A stretch of 64,000 nucleotides of DNA, from NCBI GenBank assembly GCA_040954595.2, contig CM082581.2:13837921-13901920 (forward strand). The letters run 5' to 3'. This DNA is from Balanoglossus misakiensis. Lineage: Eukaryota; Animalia; Hemichordata. Positions 1 through 18,033 of the stretch are shown piece after piece (within the stretch, counting starts at the first letter, position 1; each line of letters begins with the position of its first letter). Position numbers and translations under genes: made by a program. Under the pieces are notes generated by a model. That model was not told the origin of the DNA and made no database searches. It was given only the letters and a program-made list of their open reading frames with translations.

Positions 1-148
1 GTTATACCACAGTTTAATTTCTTATCTGCATTGTTAGCGAAAAGTTCATTCCTTTTTGGTTTCAGCGTTTTTATTCTTCATAAAAATAAGTTAACTCTAA
101 ATGAATATTACTAGTCGGATTTGGGATTGCCATGTGTTTAACTTGTAG

Positions 149-3100
149 TCACTGGACGTATCTGATGATGCTAAAATGTGGATTGGCCTTCCGGGTGAAT
201 TATTCATGCGTGGATTACGCTGTATGATCCTTCCTGTAATAACATCCAGTATCATCACAGGTGAGTTAAACTTGAACATGGAACCACGCTTTTTGACAGT
301 GTGCGAGTATACAGAAAGCCAGATTTACTGGGACACCTGAGTTTGCACAGTTTGCTCAGTTTGTCGAATAACAGCAAACTTCTTTCATTTTCCTCTCATT
401 TTCTTACAGCAACGGCGTCTGTTGATCCAAAATCTAATGGCAAAATGAGTGGCATTAGTTTTGTGTACACGTTTAGCGTCGTGTTCTTGGGTGTGGCGTT
501 GGGACTAACTCTGAGTCTCACCGTCAAACCGGGCGACTCCAATGCTGACATAGGTCATAGTGACTACGAACCAACATATTACGAAACGTTAGATGTCATC
601 GCTGATTTGTTGAGGTAAGTTTGTTTATCTCAGGTGTTTTATTTTGTGTCCACGTTTGTCATGTACATTTTTCATAAATTTGTTGTTTTTATTTAGTACA
701 GTTTTCCATGGCTGCAGTGATGGTGAACTGGTTGGGTGACTGGATGGCCAACACTTGCGAGCTATCCAGCCACCAGCCCACCATGGCTACAATTATTGCA
801 GCCAAGTCTTCCTCAATAATTGTTACCTGCCTAACCTCGGTTGAATGCATATGGTATAAGTAGAGCAGAGTTCGCGCGACCAGTCATTCAGGTCAACGTG
901 TACTTATCGATGTCAACAGTGACATGGGTCCGGGGAAGCATGTCAGAACTCTATGGAATCATTTCGGTGCTCGTGCGCATGTAACAGGTGCTGCAATGTA
1001 ATAAATGCAGATGTATGATAACCACCGACATCACCTAACCACGGACTCAGAAATATTCGTTTTACTTCTTTATTTTTTCAGAAATATGATCCCGGCTAAC
1101 ATTGTCCAGGCGTGTCTGGAATCGGTAAGTGGCAATCAAGGTGATAACTATGGAGATAGTTTACCGTTTTAAGTGTCTATTTTAGAGAATCGTTGTTCTG
1201 CAAGTTTATAAAGACTCTGTCAACCTGAATTCTGGCCGCATAATCGATTAAACATGAAACATAAAACAAGAAGGAATGTGGTAGAGCAAAGAGTCGGGCG
1301 GTTATTGTGGCGGAGATGATTTTGCTGAAAAAAATTAGTGGTTTTGGAAAAACGACTCCTCGAAAGTACCCTAGAACTTCCAAATTGCTATATACATGTA
1401 GTGAAACTTAGACAAAATCCGTTCCTGTAATCTTAAACTTTTCAAACCTTATCTCATGACCAATGTTATTGATAGTTTCACACTTTGTTGTTTTTGCAAA
1501 GAATTTAATGGGATATAATATGTTTGTTTTACTTTAGAGTTATACAGAGTACACATTTGAGAAAAGAAATGTCAATGGAACAAACGGAACTATAACAGAA
1601 GATGTGGTTGCAACAAAAGAGAGCGCTTATTCAAACAGGACTAATATTCTAGGTAATAGAGTGACGTAAATTTGTTCTTTCCTCTGTACTCTGTATTATT
1701 GTATGTTTGATGAACAAGGTGCGTCTGGCATTCCCGTGTATCGCACATATGACAGACAGACAGACAGACAGACAACGTGAATCAGGATATGACTGTCAGT
1801 ATTTTTGGCTTGTTTCAGGTCTCTTGGTATTTTCAGCGATTTTTGGATTCACAATGAGTTTATTCAAGGAAGAAACGCGCACCATGTTTAACTTCATGGC
1901 ATCTCTTCGCATTATCTCATTGAGGATTTTGTCCATCTATATATGGTATGTGCAAGGCAGTGTAATTCTTCTGTCATGAAAGAACTTGTAGCCCCAAGAT
2001 ACACGGGAGAAAATGCTGAAAGTTAGAGTTACCGCGGCTTTAAAACATCAAAGGGTGAATTTGACGTTTAGTTTGTTCCTATTACACCAATTTCTTTTTT
2101 TACAGGACTCTGCCTGTTGGTACAGCCAGTCTTATCTTTAGCGCCCTCATCGACGTCAGTGATCTGACAGCAGTTTGGGCATCCCTTGGAAAGTTTATCG
2201 CTGTCATTGTCGCTGGTCTTGCTATACACTTTTTCATAACTTTGCCTATGATATATTTCATCACTACGAGAAGAAACCCATATGCTTTCTGGATAAGATG
2301 TGCACGACCAGCCATATTGGCCTCAGTCACCAAAACTAAGTAAGTGTTTAGTGTGGGGTTTTTTTTATTTTCCCCTCCAATGTATGTATGTATGTATGTA
2401 TGTATGTATGTATGTATGTATGTATGTATGTATGTATGTATGCATGTATTAAAATGTAGTCTTATTTTCATTGTAGTGTAGCCATTCTTCCGGAAATAAT
2501 GAAAGCTTGTGAGGTCAACAACGGCATTCACAGGACAATCGTCTACTTTGTTGTTCCATTAATTATCTCCATAAAAGCGGATGGTTCCGCGCTTTTTATA
2601 GTAAGTGGAGCGATGTGGTTGGCACAGATTGCAAACATGACCCTGAATGCTGGTCAGATTATCACCGCCGGGTAAGTTCAAATCCGACAATATGACAATG
2701 TATGCATGTTGAAAATCAAGTCAAAGTCGACGTTAATCTACTTTTTGCAGAAGAAATAATTACATCGGGGTAATACCGAGCCAAGTTACCATGCCAGTTT
2801 CATGGAAAGAGATAAATGTTTCAATGCTGTCACCTTTCTTACCAAATGAAAAAATGCGCAGAATCGTTACGTGGGTGATGGGACACAGTCTTCCCGCTGT
2901 TCCGAGCGCCAGCCTGGTTGCCATGGTTACTGTTTGCAGTTCGGTGGGTATTCCATCTGAAAATATCGGACTACTGCTATCTGTGGAATGGTTGCTGTGA
3001 GTATAATACATTTACGATTGTAATTAGGCTTAATTGGTAAGAGGGTTCTCAAGCGCTCCTCTGTGCCACTGTGACCGAGCTATTCATTCATTCATTCATT

Positions 3101-3513
3101 CATTCATTCATTCATTCATTCATTCATTCTTTCATTCGTCCGTTCGATCAGTCTGTTACATGCTGTGGAAATCTATATTCAAATCTTCCCCAATGGCTAT
3201 CGAACATCCTGGGACGACACTGTCGAGTTTGTCGTTTAATTGTAACAAATCAATTCCTGGCCAGCTGGACTTGACTTTTCGTTTGATATGCTTCTGAACC
3301 ACCAGAGACGCACTCAGAACAAGCGTCAACTGTATGAGCCATTGCGCTGGTGCTGGCATTGTTGACGGCATCATGGGAAAAGATATCGAGGCCAAGGAAC
3401 GAGAATTTGAAGCTATGCAAGCACATGAACTGAGAGAACCCAAGAGCATTGTGGACCACGAAACGAAAAATGCCGAGGTCTTTGAAGCAAATTCTGTGGA
3501 TTCTGTAGATTAG
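149..3513 (+). CDS. SLC1/EAAT-family (dicarboxylate/amino acid:cation symporter) transporter, divergent; multi-exon, 5' end outside the window
   Basis: GT-AG exons at ~149-260, 410-614, 1082-1124, 1538-1652, 1819-1945, 2106-2339, 2477-2671, ~2862-2996 and 3306-3513. They splice to WIGLPGELFMRGLRCMILPVITSSIITATASVDPKSNGKM...DLLRNMIPANIVQAC...TNILGL...WLAQ...EWLLDALRTSVN, matching SLC1 hallmarks (FPGELLMRML, DLIRNMFP, IAQ, DRxRTxxN). Stop TAG at 3511-3513. Confidence 0.9.
2381..2442. repeat. (TGTA)n microsatellite in SLC1 intron
   Basis: About 15 tandem TGTA units read directly. Confidence 0.95.
3083..3137. repeat. (CATT)n microsatellite in SLC1 intron
   Basis: Tandem TTCA/CATT units; source of the spurious FIHS-repeat ORFs. 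Confidence 0.95.
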
Positions 3514-4182
3514 TAGACTGCTATCAGACAATCATGAAAGTACGGAAGCTCTGCAATGTTGAGTGTGAGAAGAGGTTGTTCTCTGGCCTGTCTTACAAAC
3601 TTAACGCACTTTATATTAACCAGGCCTGGCAACCAAGTTTGACCAATTACAGCAACATAAAGTATACTCAAGTATACTTCTAACTGCACCTATAAAGCAG
3701 TATGTAGCATTTCTCAATTCTTGTTTCTGTAATGTTAATGTTGTGTACAATAAATAACTTGCTGGTAAAAACCCATAAGAAGTTGACTAACCTGTTGAAT
3801 GTGATATCCCGGCCCGTCTTTAAATTGCCTTTATTCTTGTCCCAGCTGCCATCGAACCACTGTGGGCAGAAGGCCGAAGAAAATATTCTGAGAATACTCT
3901 GATGGATTTACCCCCATAAATTTTGTCTTGCCTTATTAACATTGTCATTATTTGTGGAGGAAATAACATTTATTAGTCGTTCCGTTCATTTTAATCATGC
4001 GGTTTCATAGCGCCCTCACGTGCTAGCGTCGTCTACAAAGTTGTATGCGCATGCCTAGGATATTCACTTACATCACGCGAATCGCGCAGAATCGAACCTT
4101 CGCGATCGTGGTGAGTTCACACGTGGTACCTCTGGAGGCACAGTAAATTTGTACAGTAGAGATTAATTTAAAGTTTTAAAAA

Positions 4183-9333
<5,151 letters not shown>

Positions 9334-10644
9334 GTAATTTGCCACAAATTTGCAAAAAAAAATGGACATTTGATGCAATTTAAAACACTTCAATGCCATA
9401 TACATAGTATTGGAATTGAACAACTTGTACAGCTGTTGTTCTTATTGATGACCCCCAACCCCCCAAATATGGAGTAGTCCTATGTTGGAGTTCAGCTTTT
9501 TTGTACAAAATTATTGTGCAAGTATAGTTGGGCTGGTGATGTAAAATGTCCTGGCCCTGGTACCTTGTATGTTGTAGATTTCAGTTTTGCTATTAGTGTG
9601 ATGCTAATTGATGCACATTCCTGCCAGTTGAAGCAATGAGCGCAAGATTTATCCGAAGCTTTAGTCTGACCCTAAACAGATCACACACATACTGGTTTCA
9701 CTGAAGACACCCTAATTTTGTATTATTAGATTTTTTCTTTGGTTGGTGCATGTCAGTTGGATGTCCTGTTGCTGCAATACACTTAAAGTACATACCATAT
9801 AATGGCCTCTGGGTCTTTGGGGAAATTGTGTAATTAGTACATCCAGATAAGTTCTAATCGTGGTTTGACTGTTTTCTTACTAGTAATTGTGTGTGTGTTA
9901 TGAGGGAGATATGGTGCCCCATTTATGAGAAATCAGCATCTCGTCTAAAGTTAGATATCTTTGTGAAGTTTGAGAACTATTTATGGCACAGAATAGAGTT
10001 TTTAGGGCTGTGGTTGTGTCACTTTTACTTGTTGCCATAAGTAATATGCCAGTATTTTATAACAATACAGATTTAATTACTGTAATGCACTTTGTGTAGT
10101 AAGTTGACTGACTTAGAATACCCTTTGTACAAAATATTTCTTTCTGCAAGCCTGGAAAAAAATAAAACATTTAGGAAACTTTATATATGTCCATATTTTA
10201 TTTGCTCCCATTTGTTGTGTACATGTATACACATGGGTATTTATTATAGGTGGATGTTCTTCTTTGCTAGGAAAATCTGTCCATCTGTTTGCCTGTCTAT
10301 TTATGTGTGTACATATGCAAGCAAGATTTCTTTCTTAGATCCAGCTTGGAAGAAAACTGGCAAATGGTGTCACATGGGGCAAGAGGTTAAAGGTTGCAAA
10401 ACCAGCAACCTTTGCATGAACTCTGGTTTATGTAAATGTTGTACATCACTGTTTTCTGTAGTATTTAGCAATTATGGAAATTTCATGCATATGTAGCTAT
10501 ATGCACCATAAAAACTTGCCCAAGCATCAAAGGGTCACACCAGAACAGAAGTTGGTAGACTATTTACAAGAATCAAATAAACCCCACAGTTGTCATTTCA
10601 TGGGATATGTGCGTGCCTTATTCACGGAGATCACATGACACACA

Positions 10645-12722
10645 TTACGACACTTTTAGGTCGGTCAGTTTGTCTTGTGCAGCCTTCACTTGGACTTCCG
10701 GAGAATGACTGTTGGAATTGATTTCCGTATTCTGCGTGCTGACGTCCGGAATGGGGGAGGCTTGGGCTAAGTTATCCATTTTTGGTGGCTTCTCTTTACT
10801 GGAGGTGTCCCTAGCTCCAAATATGGAGCTTCCAAGTCGGATATTAGAACTCCCAAGAGAAATCTATTCAGGAGAATGTGATACGATTAGGAGTTTGTCT
10901 GCCATTATCTTAATGCTAAAATCTCAATGTTAACAAAACATTAATATTTTTAAAAAAGATACTTACCGCATGCTCAAAGTCATTGGACATTCCCATACTC
11001 AGTTCCAATGCATCTTTTGGAAGGTCAAGTTTTTTACAAACAGCATCCCTGCAGCTCATGAGACTCTGAATCGGAAAAATAAAAATAATTCTTCTTGCCA
11101 GGCTGTAACATATAATGTCTTTCATTATTTTTTGTGTTATGTATCACTAGTTTCTTGTTCTGTTGACTACAAGTATGTTGTCACTCTAAATACTTGAATG
11201 TAGCGGTAGTTTATATTGTTGTCACAGCTATCTGAACATTAGAACATACCTCAAAGTCTGGGTTAGGTCCCTTGCTGAGGTCATGGTCAACAGAGCCAAT
11301 AGTCATCAGACCAGATAGATGGAGATTTGGACACTTCTCTAGGATGTGGCTGACCAAGTTGGCCGCCTCATCTGGATGTATACCATGTTTATCTGACATA
11401 GAAGTGAACAAGAACATGACAGGTATCAGACAATGTTGTCTAGATTACATCATTTTGGCTTTGATATTTTTCTGAAAAAGATTTCAAAGATTGACTTACT
11501 TGGTTCACCGCTTGTGTTTATTTGAATCATTATTTTGAGTTTTTCCGGCTTCTTTTGTCTTCCCCATGTCTGATTTAAGGAGTCAGCCAGTTTCTGTGTA
11601 TCAACTGTTTCTATCATGGATAAATTCGGAACACCTGTCATACAAAGGCATAATCGCAAGTGATTATAAATAACATCAACACAATCACTGTCACTGTTGA
11701 AGAAAATAGTCGCACTCACTAATCTGGTTGTTACAATGAAAAAATTAACTTGAACATCATGGTGACCATCACTTCAGCACTTACCTAAAACTTTACTGAC
11801 TTTATTTCTTTGTAAATGTCCAACAAAATGCCATTTGATGTCTGGACACTGACTGGTTATCAAGCTATCCGAGCCTTTGTCTACCAATTCTTGAACCTGG
11901 AAAAGAGTTGCTTTTTTCACTAACAGAATAGCACAGTGGAATGGTTTCAGTTCAGTACATGTATTCCCCAGAAATAATGTAGATTCTTTTTAGAAGCAAA
12001 TAAAAGCAACCTACATAGTTTTCCCCAAAGTGTCGTTGACCACATCCATAGGCTTCTAGAATCATGGGCACTGGTTTGGTTTTGCTAACTGCCACTACCC
12101 GTGGCTGAATGTGTGACAGTTCCTGTAAAAAGTAAATGAATATTGGGAAGACATATATAGATAGAAATTAAAGATTAACTATTAAATAGGTATTTGGGTG
12201 TGAATATTATTCATACGTTTCCTTACAAATAGTTGAGACTTTGGTATGCGGCCAAGTACTTTGCAATACCACTGTCGCAGTAATAGAAGATAAAGCTGGT
12301 GATTGCTGATCATGATTTATGTGGTGCCATGCCATGGATGGTGGTTGTAGATCATGATTCTAATCAGGAATAGGCACAAAAGTAGACTGGCACAGAGGAG
12401 CTGAAGTGCAAAGACAAGATCACGTGTACAGTGCACGCAACCGACACATCCACGTTACGCAAGTTACAAATCATGGCGTACGATAATGTCATGTAACAGT
12501 ACACCTAACGTGTACATGTTGTGAAAGCGGTTTGCAATGAAAACTTGAATGTTCCGCATTTAAAGTACATCCACTGTCATAATTTGCTGGCAATTCCCCC
12601 AGACAAATACTGAATCTTACCGGCGATCTTGTTAAACATGCTGTTTTAACCCTTTCCAGAACAGCTTTTAGAGCTTTTGAAACACACACGTCTGCTGCTA
12701 CGGACATGGCTCTCCTGAACAT
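10645..12722 (-). CDS. PLPBP: Pyridoxal phosphate homeostasis protein (PROSC/YggS family), multi-exon
   Basis: Minus-strand exons encode [11 protein letters not shown] (PLP lysine), [57 protein letters not shown] and [18 protein letters not shown] at 12722; stop TAA at 10645-10647. Confidence 0.95.
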
Positions 12723-13611
12723 CTTTCGGTAGATTCACAGCTTGTGTGTTCGTCAATATCGCACAAGGACTGCTGCTGCTGTAAAAAGCACGGTGGATTA
12801 TTCGGTAGTGCATCATCGCAACCGAATAAAATAATATTTAATTTCACTATGCCGTTTTGCTAAGATTTGTTTCCAGTATGTGTATTTATCAACCAAATTT
12901 TCTATTGATTTCTAAAATATCGGGACTAGAAATACTGACAATATATTTCAAGGCCCTTTAGCCCAGGTACACACACATGTGGTAACTCAACTCCGTGGTT
13001 GGGTTATAGTTGGAAAAAAACCTTGTACTACTCTCAATAAATTTGTTTTACTTCCAGCAAGGGTAATGTTTTTTAATTGAAATGATAGCGAGTGCAAGCA
13101 TGGTGTACTTTCTAGTTTTGAATGTTACTTTTTCGAGTAATATTGACAAAAATGGTTTGTTTTCTTGGAATAATTGTCAACAGCTTAAGTGGTCTTAGCC
13201 CTAGTCGGCAGATAGCGTGTTATCCAATCACGTACGTAATGACTCAATGATGGTCGTGTGATCCGGACAGAAAGCGGTCATCGTATGTTCTTTACCCATC
13301 GTGCAGGTACATTGATGATCATGAGAGTTCAGTGAGTTCTTTGAAGGTAGAATATCAACGGTTTGACACTGAAGCTTAGTGGTTGAGGGGGAAAAGGGTG
13401 TTTCCCTATCGCGATCGGTGTGATCAACTGACAAGCGCCGCCTACAGTACAGTTTTGAAATTGAGTTTACTCCAGAGTGGGCCATCAATGTTTACATTTA
13501 GTACAATGCGATGGTAAGATCTCTTATCGTGTTTTGGTTACCGAATCTGGCAAATAGAGCGCGGAAACAGTGATTTGTCGTCCCAGCGAATCCCAGCCAA
13601 CATTTTCCACC

Positions 13612-16600
13612 ATGGAACTTAACGTGGATACCGAAAACGAAGTGTTGGAGACAGGGAAAAGTCGACTCGTCACACCTCGTAAGTACTATGTTCTGGAAAT
13701 CCCCATGCCTAACCTCAACATGCACACCCCTCTTTAACATTATTACACATGGCATGGTGTGATAGTAATTTTGATAGTGTGGAAATTAAATGCTGTACAT
13801 ACTTCATTAATTAAAGCAATAAGAGAAACTGACACTATTTCTGGACGAAATGAGACAAACTTGATGATTTATCACGTCAGTTGTGATGTTACCGTGACAG
13901 CACAGGTCAAAGGTCAAATGTATAAGATACCTGTGCAGATACCAGTTGATCGCCTGATATTGAGAGAAGTCACAAACAAATCACATGATGATTGAACCCC
14001 AAACTGTCCAGCATAACGATGGTACATGTAACTGTTCATCAATTCCAAGTATTGTCACCAGCAGGAAATACATGTAATAAAGATGATGGTGGTGGTGGTG
14101 GTGGTGGTGATGATGATGATGATGATGATGATGGTGGTGATGATGATAATGCCGGGTCATTAGCATCAGAGTTGTTCAGAGCAATCTTTACTGGAAAATT
14201 TCCAGACATAGTTACATGAAGTAGAAAGCAGGTATACCCGTACCCTTAAAATACACCAGAAGCTATTGGAGGGTTTGACCTTTCATAGTTTATACACCCA
14301 GAATATTTTTATCATGCAAGGGCGGTGTGACTTTGTAGTACCAAAATAGATGTCAGCTTTTTTATTTAATTAAATTAGATGATGACTGTATTCATTTAAT
14401 AAAATGAAACGTGCTTAATTAACTTGAAATGATTTGAATATACCTGTACATATTTCTTGACTTTTGTCAAGACTGTTTTGGCCTTGTCATATTTTACTGT
14501 ATGTCATTACATGTATATGTATGTGGTAATACACCTACACGTACAATGTATAATGCACGTCATTGTCATATCTGGAATTAGTCAGTCAAATTACCATATG
14601 CAAATAAGCCAGTTTTACAATAGAGAATATCAATACAGCATAATGATGATGATTATTGTCTGCAGCTTTCTGCAGGTACAGACATATTTGCGTTGTCATT
14701 ATAACAATGCAAATCTACATGTAAATGCAAGCTGTTGGTGGTGGTCACAAATGTGGCTGGTATAGGAAGCATTATGTTAAATCTGATACATGTGTGTGTC
14801 ATGTGTGTGGGAGATATTTTTGAACAGAAGTAGCCACCAGATTACCCTGGTGTGTCAGGTTGTCCCGCTATAAAATTGGGTGTTGTTGTTCGTGCTGTGT
14901 CTGTCAAACTGGTACGGCTCAGAGTTTGCTGACGATGGAAGGCGAATTCTGTGAAATCCTCAAGCAGTGTCGCAGCAAGCAGCATGTTCATAAACATCCA
15001 TGTGTACTTCCCACAGCTATGCCGTGGTCCGGTGTGGACATTGGTGGAACCCTGGTGAAACTGGTGTATTTCGAGCCCACGGATTTCATTGATGCCGAGC
15101 AGGAATACGAGGCTGAAGTGGAAATTCTACGGACTATCCGGCATTACCTGACTTCCAACACTGCCTATGGAGAAAGTGGAATCCGAGATGTGCACCTCAC
15201 CATAAAAGACTTTGAGTTTCATGGACGCACGGGCAGCCTTCATTTTATACGATTCCCGACGATCGATATGCCGGCTTTTCTGCAGCTGGTAAAATCCAAG
15301 AATCTTTCCAGTGTTGCTGACACCATCTGTGCAACCGGGGGCGGTGCGTACAAATTTGCGGAAGATGTGAAAAATGTAAGTAGCTCATCAAACTGTATTG
15401 GTGCTTGTGTTGTACTGTTAAGTAGCGATTGCTGGAAGAATTGTCAAAACCAATGAAAGTGCAAACTTTTGCTGATTTTTTTGGAATATAAATGGCAACT
15501 TGCACCTTTATGATGAGCAGCTTGGCAAGTACATGCATCCTCTACACTCTCAGTACCTAGCAGACAGGACGCATGGTTAAAAATCAGACACAATGGTTAC
15601 CACTTGTAAATTTGAGTGTAGTACCATACATCATGTACTCATAATCAGATAAGTGCCCATTCACATGTACAATGTAATAATTTTATGTGCATACGCATGT
15701 TTGTTTTCGACCAACCCTGTCAGTAAATTATTACATTTCAGCAGAGTCCTAACAATAAAATCTCATTGGCCATTGATTGATAAAGAGTCAAGTGACTGAC
15801 ATGGACTTTGAACTGCTCACGCGATGAAACAGCCATGATACAGCTCCCTGTTTGATAATAATATAATTATTGAGGTCATATCTGGTCCTTTTAAAAAATC
15901 TACAGTAGTATGTAACCACCACAACTGAAGTATTTTTCTAAACCTTATTTGTAAAACATTTTCTTTAATTTTTATATACTGACCATCAACCTGACATGTA
16001 TTTTCCATTTTCAGATTGTCAACATGAAACTAGAGAAATACGATGAATTGGACTGCTTGATATCGGGAATACATTTTATTGATAGTAAAATATCCAACGA
16101 GTGCTACTATTGGGGTAACTTGGATCCGTTCAACAGTGAGGCGTGTGAGAAGGTGCCTTATGATTTCCGAGACCCTTATCCGTATTTGGTGGTGAATATT
16201 GGCTCAGGTGTGAGTGTACTCTCCGTCAAATCGAAGGATAACTTCAGGAGAGTTAGTGGGACCAGGTAAGATGGAAAAATGGGAAGGGCTGTCACACATC
16301 TGGGAATATTTGTAGCTTATGACTTTTCATTATTTAACATGTTATGATGGATCACATTTCATACAAGATTTTTTTACAAAAATGACAAATATTATCACAG
16401 TCATGGGTTCACCACCGATTTGTGTTCCATTGAATTTTCAGCCTCAATTTGCCCATATTAAAGACATTTCTCTTTTAGACACATTTTAAACTGCGCTTGT
16501 GTCTTTCACAGTCTTGGAGGCGGAACATTCCTGGGACTGTGTTGTTTATTGACTGGATGTCAGACGTTTGAAGAAGCCATCAAAATGGCCGAAGTTGGTG

Positions 16601-18033
16601 ACCACACAAAAGTGGATAAATTGGTTCGTGATATCTATGGTGGTGATTGTGACCGACTGCATCTTCCTGGTTCTACTGTTGCCAGTAGGTAAGTACATGG
16701 GTCGCTGTTTTTCTTCACAGATGAGTCCTGGCCTGGGTGGGGATGTCAATCTCTGTATATGCCCACATTAAGAAACACGGGCCTTTAAGTGTTGTCACAG
16801 GATCTGAAAGATATCTCCCTGATGTCCTTTGATACCTGAATTCAAGTCTGAACTTGAATTCAGATTTCAACAATAACACGTGCATACATGTATGAGCTGT
16901 GCTGGTGAACTAAATACTGCACGCTCAATAAATAATAAAAAAAACAAAAATTGCCGGCTGTTGGACCGTGTAAATAAACAAGTATTTTTCTAATTTATTA
17001 CAGTTTTGGACATATGAATGTAACGGACAAGAGGGAAACTGTCAGTAAAAATGACTTGGCCAGAGCAACCCTTGTCACCATAACCAACAATATTGGTTCT
17101 ATAGCCAGGATGTGCGCTTTAAATGAGGTAATGTACAGTACACCATTGCTGTATGAGAGAACACAACCCATCTCTGTATGTACGGCCATGTTCCATCATC
17201 ATCGCCCACGAAACTGTTATGTAACTTTGCCGATTCCAGTAAATAGAGTGATTCATTGAGCAAACAGCAACAAGTCCGACTCTACTGCGGAGAGTGCATT
17301 TGATTCACGCTTGTTGTTCTGCAGGTCAATAAATACAAAATACGTAAAATTATAAAGCTACTCTCTTGACAGATAATGAAATATGAGCATGATAGTTTTA
17401 TTGCACTTTTGTTGTTGTTTTTTCTACAGGGCATAGAAAGGATTGTCTTTGTTGGTAATTTCCTGAGAGTCAATCCGTTATCGATGAAACTGTTGTCGTA
17501 TGCCTTGCAGTACTGGTCACAGGGTGCTCTCAAAGCTCTATTCTTAGAACATGAGGTGAGTTTTTAGCTATCATTTGCATAAATGCATGTGGCATATGCA
17601 AATACAGACTGGAAATGTCTGTATGTCTGTCATCTCACTTCAAATGCTTCAGAACAGCTGCAGGAATCTTTTGGGTTTTGGCTGATCAAAGGTCATCAGT
17701 TCGCTACTTGTTAGTTTTGTTGTTTTGTTCTGGCCTATCACATACATGTACTTTGGGAATCACTGGGTACAATCAATTCTGATCTGAACTCAAAAGATTA
17801 GATAATACTGAACTTTGACACCTGAACACTGAGGGCGCTGTTTCTGCTGCTGGTTGCCTCTGTCATTGGTACATTACAACAAACTCGGTTATGTGAAATC
17901 ACGTAGTCTGAGACTCACTCTTGTGTATATTTTGTGTTGTTTACCTTTCTGTTACCAGGGTTACTTTGGCGCTGTTGGTGCTCTGATGGAGTTACTTAAG
18001 AAATCTGACAATGGAAACACAAACCAATCATAA
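13612..18033 (+). CDS. Type II pantothenate kinase, copy A (canonical, PANK1/2/3-like)
   Basis: Putative exon 1 13612-13678 (phase 1, GTAAGT donor) joins exon 2 at 15017. Motifs: [131 protein letters not shown]. Stop at 18031-18033. The first-exon choice is inferred. Confidence 0.95.
14082..14150. repeat. Compound (GGT)n/(GAT)n trinucleotide microsatellite in PANK-A intron 1
   Basis: Read directly; produces spurious poly-His and poly-Gly/Asp ORFs. Confidence 0.9.

Noticed and set aside
13981-14219. Poly-His and poly-Gly/Asp ORFs
   Set aside because: Translations of an intronic (GGT)/(GAT) microsatellite.
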